This document shows positions 9,540 to 17,411 of a stretch of DNA of 19,752 nucleotides, one piece after another. Where the stretch lies: positions 1 through 19,752 of the forward strand of contig CBFGIV010000042.1 of the NCBI GenBank assembly GCA_965648915.1, written 5' to 3'. The translations under genes and the position numbers were made by a program. Origin of the DNA: a candidate division WOR-3 bacterium (GTDB lineage: Bacteria > Hydrothermota > Tepidihabitantia > SM23-42 > CAYGYG01). How positions within the stretch are numbered: position 1 is the stretch's first letter; each line of letters begins with the position of its first letter. The notes beneath the pieces are model-generated. The model had not been told where the DNA came from. It made no database searches and was given only the letters and a program-made list of their open reading frames with translations.

Positions 9540-10079
9540 ATGATAGTTTTAATCATAATCATAGTTCTGGCGATAATCCTGATTGCGATGTATAACCGGC
9601 TGGTTGTTTTAAGAACCCAGGTTGATAATGCTTGGTCGCAGATCGATGTGCAGTTGAAAAGGCGTTACGACCTCATCCCGAATCTGGTTGAGACGGTAAA
9701 AGGGTATGCCAAGCATGAGCGCGAGGTCTTTGAGAAGGTTACCGAACTGCGGAGCCGGGCAATGTCAGCGTCCAGTGTTAAGGAATCGGCCGATGCTAAT
9801 AATATGCTGACGGCAACCCTCAAGACCCTATTTGCGGTGGCGGAGAATTATCCGGAACTAAAGGCCAACGAAAATTTCCTGAGACTTCAGGAAGAGTTAT
9901 CGGCAACCGAGAATAAGATTGCCTTCAGCCGGCAGTTCTATAATGATATTGTAATGAATTACAATGCAGCGATTGCCAAGGTTCCGACAAATATCATTGC
10001 TTCAATCTTTAATTTCAAAGGTCGCGAGTATTTCTCTGCACCCGAAACTGAAAAAGAGGCGGTAAAGGTCCAATTTTAA
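9540..10079 (+). CDS. lemA: LemA family protein
   Basis: N-terminal [57 protein letters not shown]. Confidence 0.97.
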   Translation: MIVLIIIIVLAIILIAMYNRLVVLRTQVDNAWSQIDVQLKRRYDLIPNLVETVKGYAKHEREVFEKVTELRSRAMSASSVKESADANNMLTATLKTLFAVAENYPELKANENFLRLQEELSATENKIAFSRQFYNDIVMNYNAAIAKVPTNIIASIFNFKGREYFSAPETEKEAVKVQF

Positions 10080-10082
10080 GAG

Positions 10083-10994
10083 ATGCGCGAGACAATTTAC
10101 GAAAAAATAGCCGCCAACAAGCGGAGGACCTATTTTTTCATATTTATCTTTACGCTTATCCTGGCAATCATCGGGTATGTGATCATATATATTTTCAATT
10201 TTGGGTCCACGGGCATTGCCCTGCTTGCTCTTTTTATTATTGGTTATAATCTAATTTTATATTTTAATGCTGATAAGATTGCTCTTTCATTATCAAGAGC
10301 GGTTCCGGCGGATCCGGATGAATACCAGATCCTGCATAATGTGGTTGAAGAGATGGCAATTGCGGGTGGAATACCAAAACCGAAGGTCTTTGTTATCGAT
10401 GAAGAGGCACCCAATGCGTTTGCGACAGGCAGGAATCCGCAGAATGCTTCGGTTGCAGTTACAACTGGACTTTTACGAATTATGAACCGCGAAGAGTTAC
10501 AGGGTGTAATCGCACACGAGATCTCCCATATTCGCCATTATGATATTCTTTTGATGACGGTCGTTGGAATTATCGGCGGAATGATAATCCTCTTGCGTGA
10601 TATTATGCTCAGGGGTGGTTTCCTGTCCCGGGGCCAGGGGCGGAGCCGTTCGCGTGTGGGGGGGCGAGCCGGTGCGATCCTTGTGATTGTTGGACTGGTT
10701 CTGGCGATCCTTGCACCGCTTTTTGTTGCTCTCCTCCGTTCGGCAATCTCCCGGCAGCGTGAATACCTGGCCGATGCAGGTGGTGCCTATCTGACCCGCT
10801 ATCCCCAGGGTTTGGCCCAGGCCCTGTTGAGGTTGAGAGAATATTATAAGCCTCTATCCGGTGCTTCGCAGGCAACAGCACATCTCTATATTGCGAGCCC
10901 TTTTGGTAAGGATCGGATGAATGTGGAATCATTATTTGCAACCCACCCGCCGATCGAAAAGAGGGTAGCGCGCCTGCAGAGCCTTGTTCTTTGA
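10083..10994 (+). CDS. htpX: M48-family zinc metalloprotease HtpX
   Basis: PNAFATG, EELQGVIAHEISH (HExxH), SRQREYLAD, ATHPP; typical lemA-htpX order. Confidence 0.95.
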   Translation: MRETIYEKIAANKRRTYFFIFIFTLILAIIGYVIIYIFNFGSTGIALLALFIIGYNLILYFNADKIALSLSRAVPADPDEYQILHNVVEEMAIAGGIPKPKVFVIDEEAPNAFATGRNPQNASVAVTTGLLRIMNREELQGVIAHEISHIRHYDILLMTVVGIIGGMIILLRDIMLRGGFLSRGQGRSRSRVGGRAGAILVIVGLVLAILAPLFVALLRSAISRQREYLADAGGAYLTRYPQGLAQALLRLREYYKPLSGASQATAHLYIASPFGKDRMNVESLFATHPPIEKRVARLQSLVL

Positions 10995-11677
10995 AAATGA
11001 TAATTCTGTTTATTTTCGTCTCTTTCCTTGAACCGGGTGAAGTATTGGAATATGAAGCAAAATATGGCTTTCTCAAGGTTGGAACGATGCGGCTGATGGT
11101 CGTTGCCGAAACGGTTTATAACCAAGACACAGTCTATCATCTTATTTCGGATGTTGTATCGAATCCCAGATACCGACTATTCTTCTGGCTCAAGGATCGA
11201 CTCGAATCCTATGCTCGAAAGAAAGACCTTCTACCGGTGTTTACAGTAAAAGATATCGAAGAGAGAAATTATAAGAAGAAGAGCACGGTCGAATTTGATC
11301 ATAAAAATTTGCGGGCACGATATTCAGACGGTTCAGAATTTAAGATTCTTCCCGAAAGTTATGATCTTCTCGGTTTTTATTACAAATTAAGAGAATTGAA
11401 GATAGAGATCGGTGATACCATATCGATCAATAATCATACCGATAAGAAGAATTATACGATAAAGGTGACAGCGCTCCAGCATGCAAAGGTTAAGACCGAT
11501 TTTGGTCGATGGGATTGCACCCTTTATGAACCACAGACCAGAGAGAAAGGGATCTTTGGCAAAGATGGAAAGTTACTGGTCTGGATTGCTGATGACTCCA
11601 CCCGGATCCCGGTCCTGATCAAGAGTCGAATGAGTCTGGGTAGCCTGGTTTTTAATCTTGTTGCCTATAACCGTTAG
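10991..11677 (+). CDS. DUF3108-like exported beta-rich protein (start may be ATG 10997)
   Basis: PGEVLEYEAKYGFLKVG N-terminus and LLVWIADDSTRIPVLIKS C-terminus resemble DUF3108 (recalled, not searched); coupled to the htpX stop. Confidence 0.7.
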   Translation: MKMIILFIFVSFLEPGEVLEYEAKYGFLKVGTMRLMVVAETVYNQDTVYHLISDVVSNPRYRLFFWLKDRLESYARKKDLLPVFTVKDIEERNYKKKSTVEFDHKNLRARYSDGSEFKILPESYDLLGFYYKLRELKIEIGDTISINNHTDKKNYTIKVTALQHAKVKTDFGRWDCTLYEPQTREKGIFGKDGKLLVWIADDSTRIPVLIKSRMSLGSLVFNLVAYNR

Positions 11678-11683
11678 GTCTTT

Positions 11684-12709
11684 ATGAAACGGGTTGCAGT
11701 AATTCTGGCAGGTGGTAAAGGAGAGCGTTTCTGGCCCAAGAGTAAGCCTGATTTTCCAAAACAATTTCTATCGTTCTTTGACAGAAGACCGGCAATCAAA
11801 CTGACCGAGCAACGTTTAACCGGTCTGGTCAGTGCATCGGATCGGTATTATGTTGTGCCGCAGCGGTTGGTTAAGGTGGTCAGAAAGGTCTTCGGATTGA
11901 AAAACCTTATCGTTGAACCGGTGGGCCGTAATACTGCTGCCGCAATTGGACTGGCGGCACTCGTTTTGCAAAAAAGATTGGGTGATGCAATTATGTTCGT
12001 CTTACCATCCGACCATCTGATCAGAGATAAAGAACGGTTCCAGAATTGTTTGCGCTTTGCTGCCGGACTGGCAGAGAGAGATTATCTGGTGACTTTCGGC
12101 ATTAAACCATCAAGGCCGGATACGAACTACGGGTATATAAAATGTGGTTCGTTGATCGAGGAACGTGATGGGATGGTTGCCTACCGGGTCTTAAATTTCA
12201 AGGAAAAACCCGATCCGAGGACCGCGGTCCGTTACCTGCGTGCGGGTAATTACTACTGGAATAGTGGTATCTTTGTCTGGCGGGTTAAGACGATAATTGA
12301 GGCCTTAAGAGAGTATGCACCTGATCTATATCGAGGATTGACCGGTTATTTACGGCAGAGGAGTATCAAGGTGTTTGAGAATCTGCCCTCGATTTCGATC
12401 GACTATCAGGTAATGGAAAAGGCGAAGAGGATTGCTTTGATCAGAGCCAATTTTGACTGGGATGATATCGGCTCCTGGGATGCCCTGGCCCGACACCTGC
12501 CCCGGGATGAAAAGGGTAATGTTGTGGTTGGCTCTCATATTGGTATAGACACAAAAGATTCAATCATCTTTTCGGAAAAAAGACTGATCGCAACGATCGG
12601 GGTCGATGATCTAATCATCATCGATGGTGGTGATGAAGTACTGGTATGTAAGAGGGACCATATCAGTAAGATAAGGGAAGTTGTTCAAAAGGTAAGTAAA
12701 GGTGATTAA
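11684..12709 (+). CDS. manC: Mannose-1-phosphate guanylyltransferase (no isomerase domain)
   Basis: ILAGGKGERFWPKS...PKQF, EPVGRNTA, PSDH, YGYI, FKEKP, WNSG, SIDYQVMEK, WDDIGSW. Confidence 0.93.
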   Translation: MKRVAVILAGGKGERFWPKSKPDFPKQFLSFFDRRPAIKLTEQRLTGLVSASDRYYVVPQRLVKVVRKVFGLKNLIVEPVGRNTAAAIGLAALVLQKRLGDAIMFVLPSDHLIRDKERFQNCLRFAAGLAERDYLVTFGIKPSRPDTNYGYIKCGSLIEERDGMVAYRVLNFKEKPDPRTAVRYLRAGNYYWNSGIFVWRVKTIIEALREYAPDLYRGLTGYLRQRSIKVFENLPSISIDYQVMEKAKRIALIRANFDWDDIGSWDALARHLPRDEKGNVVVGSHIGIDTKDSIIFSEKRLIATIGVDDLIIIDGGDEVLVCKRDHISKIREVVQKVSKGD

Positions 12710-12721
12710 CAAGGAGGAAGT

Positions 12722-13222
12722 ATGAAGAGATACCTTATCAGTACAGGCGTTCTTCTTTTACTCGTTGCCTGTGCTCAGAAGAAGAAAGTCGAGATCAAGC
12801 CAGTAGAAGGTCTTGAAGAGATAACGGTTTATCAGGAGACGACGGCAGTTGCGCAACCGACACCGGTTTCACCCGAGATGCCTCCCATCGTCATTCCACC
12901 GGCCGAAACGACCGTTACCTATACGCCGCCTACGCCCGTTGTCCCGATTCCTCAGGTTACGCCTCCAGCGACACCACCGACGGCATATGGCTATCGCGTT
13001 CAAATTTTTGCTTCTTCGAGCCGGGAGAATGCGGAGCGCATTGCTAATAATGCCCAATCGAGCTTTACGGAGAAGGTCTATGTTGAACCCGATGGCGATC
13101 TGTTCAAGGTGCGGGTTGGGGATTTTCTCGTGCGTGACGATGCCAATCAACTTAAGGCCAAAGCGATCCAGCTCGGTTTTCGGGGTGCTTTTGTTGTCGA
13201 GACGATGATCAATCCCAAGTAG
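12722..13222 (+). CDS. SPOR-domain lipoprotein with a Pro/Thr-rich linker
   Basis: Lipobox LVAC; YRVQIFA...FKVRVGDF...A..LGFRGAFVV SPOR pattern; GGAGG RBS. Confidence 0.88.
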   Translation: MKRYLISTGVLLLLVACAQKKKVEIKPVEGLEEITVYQETTAVAQPTPVSPEMPPIVIPPAETTVTYTPPTPVVPIPQVTPPATPPTAYGYRVQIFASSSRENAERIANNAQSSFTEKVYVEPDGDLFKVRVGDFLVRDDANQLKAKAIQLGFRGAFVVETMINPK

Positions 13223-13253
13223 TTGTTTTTTGATCTTTGATTCGGCTCTAATT

Positions 13254-13838
13254 TTGAAGATTCTCCTGGCAACGAAGAACAGGGCCAAAGTTCAAGAGAT
13301 AAAGGCCATTTTAAACAACAACTTCTCCTTCATTGATCTTTTACAATTTAATGGAATTGGCGAACCAGAAGAAGAGGCCGATTCACTCGAAGCGAATGCG
13401 CTGGCCAAAGCGATCCAGAGTTTTAATGCAACCTCAATATTAAGTCTGGCGGACGATTCAGGACTTTTTGTTGATGCCCTCAAGGGCCGGCCCGGGGTAT
13501 TTTCGGCGCGCTATGGAACCGATGACCGGGAGCGTATCGAAAGATTGCTCAGAGAACTTCAAGGGTGTGAAGAGCGTTCAGCAACCTTTAAGTGTGTCAT
13601 AGCAGTCGTGTACAGAGAGATCAGAGAGGTCTTTTCGGGCGAATGTCGGGGTAGGATTGCCCATCAGCCATCGGGTAAAGCAGGTTTTGGTTATGACCCG
13701 ATCTTTATACCTGAAGGTTATGATAGGACCTTTGCCGAACTGGGTGCGGTCGTAAAGCATCAAATCAGCCATCGGGCAAAGGCACTCTTACAGGCAAAGG
13801 CGTATTTATTGAATTTAGCCCGGCAGGAAGAAAGATAG
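13254..13838 (+). CDS. rdgB: Non-canonical purine NTP pyrophosphatase (RdgB/HAM1)
   Basis: LATKN..K..E, ADDSGL.VDAL.G.PGVFSARY, GFGYDPIF, K..ISHR; start TTG 13254 (alternative 13230). Confidence 0.95.
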   Translation: MKILLATKNRAKVQEIKAILNNNFSFIDLLQFNGIGEPEEEADSLEANALAKAIQSFNATSILSLADDSGLFVDALKGRPGVFSARYGTDDRERIERLLRELQGCEERSATFKCVIAVVYREIREVFSGECRGRIAHQPSGKAGFGYDPIFIPEGYDRTFAELGAVVKHQISHRAKALLQAKAYLLNLARQEER

Positions 13839-13861
13839 TTGGTGAGGGAAGAATAATCGAA

Positions 13862-13936
13862 CGGGGCGTGGCGCAGTTGGCATAGCGCGCGTGGTTTGGG
13901 ACCATGAGGTCGCCAGTTCAAATCTGGCCGCCCCGA
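13862..13936 (+). tRNA. tRNA-Pro (anticodon TGG), CCA not encoded
   Basis: Acceptor CGGGGCG/CGCCCCG + A73; anticodon arm CGTGG-TTTGGGA-CCATG; T arm GCCAG-TTCAAAT-CTGGC. Confidence 0.96.
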
Positions 13937-13948
13937 TTTTTTATTTTC

Positions 13949-14983
13949 TTATTGCCCGGCCAATTTTTGCCATTCGCTGTAGGCAATCTTTTGAACACCG
14001 TTGCGTTTGATGAGACCGATATGATCATCACCGGTTAAATCGTGTAACCAGGCCCAGCCTAACAGGTAGAGATCTAACCCGCGATCTCTTGTTAGACGGC
14101 CGGTGATCTCAGTAATAAAATCGGCCTGTCCCTTTTCACCACCATACTCTTCGATTGATGGCCAGCCCAGTTCACTGAAACCGAATGGTTTAGAAGAAGC
14201 AAAGTAATCAAATGCCCGGGAATAATAATCGTCCGGGATATCGGCGGTGCGGTTTATCCCTCTTACTGCATAGGGATAACTGGTAAAGACTAAAATATCG
14301 ATCTTGGCCGGGTGAAACATTTTAAGGACTTCAAGATTGGCTTCCCGATTTTCCGAGACGATCTCGCGGGCAAATGTGCAGAAGACAAAGGTCTGGGGAG
14401 AGAGTTTCTTTACTTCGTCGTAAATCTCTTCGTAAAGGCTGACATAATGCTGGAAACCGTCAGGATTTTTGGGGTCAGCACCATAATTCTCATACCAGCG
14501 GTTCACTTCGTTTCCCAGGGAAAGGAAGAGGGGTTTAATAGACCTGACCACATCAAGGGCAGATTTTTTATAAGCCTCACGCCACTCTCGATCGCTGAGG
14601 GTTCTTGTTCCTAAGTCAGGCGGGCAGACAAGGGTAATGCCCGGGCCGATGAAAGAGAGATGAATCAGGGGGAACATCCCGTTCCCCCTGATATACTCGG
14701 TTACGAATGTCTTTCCCCAGTCACCACTGAGGTCAGAAGATAGATTATAAAATGGTGTAGGTCTGCCCCAGACCGGAGAAAAATCGGCAGTTTGGGCTGC
14801 CTGACAGTAGGCATCCTCAAAGGACTGGCCATCTCCAGGCACGGGTAGAATCCCCATGAAGAATCCGCGGCCGGGCATTGTCAGAGAGTCCTCGGGTGTT
14901 ATAATCGAATCCGGACACCCCGGAATCAAGACCGAGGCGATGATGACCGTTAAGAAAAGAATAATTTTTTTATTGGTCGCCAT
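13949..14983 (-). CDS. Putative lipoprotein, glycoside-hydrolase-like TIM barrel (clan GH-A-like)
   Basis: Lipobox-like IPGC; LGNEVN (acid/base-like), FTSYPY, FSELGWPS (nucleophile-like); family not assignable. Confidence 0.6.
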   Translation of the reverse strand: MATNKKIILFLTVIIASVLIPGCPDSIITPEDSLTMPGRGFFMGILPVPGDGQSFEDAYCQAAQTADFSPVWGRPTPFYNLSSDLSGDWGKTFVTEYIRGNGMFPLIHLSFIGPGITLVCPPDLGTRTLSDREWREAYKKSALDVVRSIKPLFLSLGNEVNRWYENYGADPKNPDGFQHYVSLYEEIYDEVKKLSPQTFVFCTFAREIVSENREANLEVLKMFHPAKIDILVFTSYPYAVRGINRTADIPDDYYSRAFDYFASSKPFGFSELGWPSIEEYGGEKGQADFITEITGRLTRDRGLDLYLLGWAWLHDLTGDDHIGLIKRNGVQKIAYSEWQKLAGQ

Positions 14984-16630
14984 CTATTCAATGAGTAAAA
15001 ACTTTCCTTTAAATTCCTGCCCGGTTTCATTCTTCAGTTGGTAAAAATAGACCCCTGGATTGACGGGTCGCCCCTTCTCGTCATTCCCATGCCATCGATA
15101 CTGAAAACCTTTAAGGTTCAGGGTGATTATTTTGCGACCGATGGCATTATAGATTTCGATTTTTCTATTCTGACCTTCAGAGGAATTCCGGGTAACAAAT
15201 AGAACCGGCCTTCGGGTTGGATTATTTTTAACCCGGATCGAGGGAGCGATGGTATGATGGGTATTCTCCTCTTCGACATTGAGGTTGACATAGATATCGC
15301 AGATGACCGTGTCGCCCTGTTCGCGGATATTGCGCACTGCAACCCGGGTCGGATTGCCATTGTTATCCCGGCTATTGGGTATTGTATTATTGTCGAAAGC
15401 AGTTCGATTCCAGATACCGGGTAGTGGATCACTCGTATCGCCCAGTGCCTGGTGGTAATAATGGGGATCAGGCCGGACACCGGTTCCCCGATCGAGGTGG
15501 AAGGTTGAATCTTCTTCGAGATCAACCCGATCGTGGTAGGTTGAACCATAACGGGGATCGATATGCCAGATCAACAGGCCATGATAGGGCAGTGGTGTAT
15601 CAAATCCCTTTTTCTGGCGATTTTCGAGATAGAAACAGGTATCAGTATTACGGCCCATCCGCCAGACTTTATAGATCACGGAATGGGTCTCGACATCGAC
15701 GATTTTTAAATTTATTGTATCCCGGGTGATGACAATCGGCGTGACGAAGCCAGACTGGACCTTTGACCAGGCTTCCAGATGGGAAGGACTCCAGGGTGTG
15801 TTCCCACCTGCTCCCCAGGCACCATAACCCATCAAGCCCCAGTAGCCGATTCCCCAGGTGTTGCGCGAACCGTCGTAAAGGTCAGGGAGCCCGACGAGGT
15901 GCCCGAATTCATGACACATTACTGCAATACAGCACAGGGTTGTGTCCAGTTGCGGGGTTACAAGATTGACCTCTGGAACATTGGTGACACCCGAGATGCG
16001 GACCCCTTCATTGGTCGTGTAAGAAAAAGACGGGATGGCATGGGACCAGCAGTGATTGCGATTGCCGGTATCCTCACCCCCTGGTCCGGCGTGGACGACA
16101 AAGGTGGCATCGATGCGGCCGTCGTTATTACGGTCGAAGATTCTGAAATCAACCGTTGAATCCGCCTTGGCAATGGCATCCCGGGCCAGGGTGCTACCGG
16201 TGGAGAGCATATAATTTCCGTCATAATACTTGGAGTAGTTATTGCCACACATAAACCAGGTATTGCCAGCAATACCACCGGCAACATTGCAGGAGTCGTA
16301 AGAGTTTTCGTGCCAGAAATCATTCAGACTGCCTGCTCGATACTGTCCGTGATAGACATTTCTTGAGAAGAACATCGAATCGTAGCGGGCGGGGGCATCA
16401 CGAACCGTGTTGGCGCGGTTGTCCGGATACTGAATCAGTATAACGGCCGCTTCAATATTACGAAGCAGGATCTTCTTTTCGCCCGCCTTACCGAACCATT
16501 CAGGGAATTTGGGATAAGGGTGCCCGTAAGTTACCGAGAGCCCGGTTTTTTGATCGAACAGCCCGGGCCGGGGTGGCATACCATTGGTAAATAATATTGT
16601 GCTGATAACTATAATCACATATCGATTCAT
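14984..16630 (-). CDS. M6-family (immune inhibitor A-like) metalloprotease with FlgD/T9SS-type C-terminal domain
   Basis: FD.N.DG.ID..VVHAGPG.E, WSH, HEFGHLVGLPDLY, W.LMGYGAW, YLENRQK.GFD, GLLIWHID; CTD IYNAIGRKI..WHGNDEKG..V.PGVYFYQL; ATG 16630 with AGGAGG chosen over 16645. Confidence 0.9.
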   Translation of the reverse strand: MNRYVIIVISTILFTNGMPPRPGLFDQKTGLSVTYGHPYPKFPEWFGKAGEKKILLRNIEAAVILIQYPDNRANTVRDAPARYDSMFFSRNVYHGQYRAGSLNDFWHENSYDSCNVAGGIAGNTWFMCGNNYSKYYDGNYMLSTGSTLARDAIAKADSTVDFRIFDRNNDGRIDATFVVHAGPGGEDTGNRNHCWSHAIPSFSYTTNEGVRISGVTNVPEVNLVTPQLDTTLCCIAVMCHEFGHLVGLPDLYDGSRNTWGIGYWGLMGYGAWGAGGNTPWSPSHLEAWSKVQSGFVTPIVITRDTINLKIVDVETHSVIYKVWRMGRNTDTCFYLENRQKKGFDTPLPYHGLLIWHIDPRYGSTYHDRVDLEEDSTFHLDRGTGVRPDPHYYHQALGDTSDPLPGIWNRTAFDNNTIPNSRDNNGNPTRVAVRNIREQGDTVICDIYVNLNVEEENTHHTIAPSIRVKNNPTRRPVLFVTRNSSEGQNRKIEIYNAIGRKIITLNLKGFQYRWHGNDEKGRPVNPGVYFYQLKNETGQEFKGKFLLIE

Positions 16631-16664
16631 AAGCCTCCTTAGCAAATAAAAACTGGATACATAT

Positions 16665-17159
16665 TTACCAGTTGGTCAAAATCCTCCGCACGGTCTCTTT
16701 AGCGACCTTGGTTAAGGCTTCATTGATGCCGACGGACTCATCCTCATTCTGCCCGAAGATCGCCCAGTCACTGACCTCTCCTTCCCAGTATAAGGTATTC
16801 CGGGTGGCATCGAGACAGGTTATTTTGCAGGTAACCGTCGTCTTGTATTTATAGACCGTTTGATCGCCACCATAGACATAAGGTTCTTTATTGAAGTAGT
16901 TGATGACGCCGGAGATTTTTAACTGGGCACGGCCTTCGTTGGTGACACGGAGCGTGCCGTCGCTCGTAAACTGACGGATCAACTCATTGGTGAATGCCTC
17001 ACCCAGTCCGATCTTTATGGTGCGATTTTCGAAGATGTCGATATAGACATTCTTCAGGTGTGCGGGCAGGAGTGAGCGGGTTGAATAGCCACAGCAACAG
17101 CATATTGTGAAGAAAAGGGCTGGTCCAGTTATTTCTAACTGTCGCAAAATTTTATTCAT
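16665..17159 (-). CDS. lptE: LptE-family lipoprotein
   Basis: C-GYS after a hydrophobic stretch, LPAHLKNVYIDIFENRT, FTNELIRQF, A.L.ISG.I, terminal W, as in FCB-type LptE homologues. Confidence 0.75.
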   Translation of the reverse strand: MNKILRQLEITGPALFFTICCCCGYSTRSLLPAHLKNVYIDIFENRTIKIGLGEAFTNELIRQFTSDGTLRVTNEGRAQLKISGVINYFNKEPYVYGGDQTVYKYKTTVTCKITCLDATRNTLYWEGEVSDWAIFGQNEDESVGINEALTKVAKETVRRILTNW

Positions 17160-17165
17160 CGGCTA

Positions 17166-17193
17166 ATTTTAGGCAATATTTTACTCGAGTCAA
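17166..17193 (-). promoter_or_regulatory. Promoter for the lptE cluster, probably leaderless
   Basis: TTGACT (17193-17188), 16 nt, TAAAAT (17171-17166), 6 nt, ATG; no SD. Confidence 0.6.
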
Positions 17194-17252
17194 TAGTTTT
17201 GTGCAGATGGATCAGTGGATAACTGAATTTGATCTCTATCTGCAGGTTGGTA

Positions 17253-17280
17253 TTGACAAAGGGGGTGAATTCTTTATAAT
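17253..17280 (+). promoter_or_regulatory. Consensus promoter for tRNA-Sec
   Basis: TTGACA (17253-17258), 16 nt, TATAAT (17275-17280), 13 nt upstream of the tRNA. Confidence 0.8.
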
Positions 17281-17293
17281 TTGACCCTGGTAC

Positions 17294-17388
17294 GGAGGCG
17301 AACGGGTGCTGGTGTGCCTGCTGGACTTCAAATCCAGATGGTCCCGAGGTTCGGGATCGGTAGGTTCGATTCCTACGCGCCTCCGCCA
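17294..17388 (+). tRNA. selC: tRNA-Sec (anticodon TCA)
   Basis: 95 nt; GGAGGCG/CGCCTCC + GCCA; 6-bp D stem GGGTGC/GTGCCT with 4-nt loop TGGT; CTGGA-CTTCAAA-TCCAG; long variable arm GGTCCCGA/TCGGGATC; T arm GTAGG-TTCGATT-CCTAC. Confidence 0.97.
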
Positions 17389-17411
17389 TTTTTATTTATC
17401 CAGTTCTGAGA

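Noticed and set aside
12722..13936. Functional link between efp, the PP-rich SPOR protein and tRNA-Pro
   Set aside because: They are in different transcription units several kb apart, and Pro-rich linkers are normal in SPOR proteins.
17156..17389. 77-aa ORF on the minus strand
   Set aside because: It is antisense to tRNA-Sec and its promoter and has no recognisable motif.
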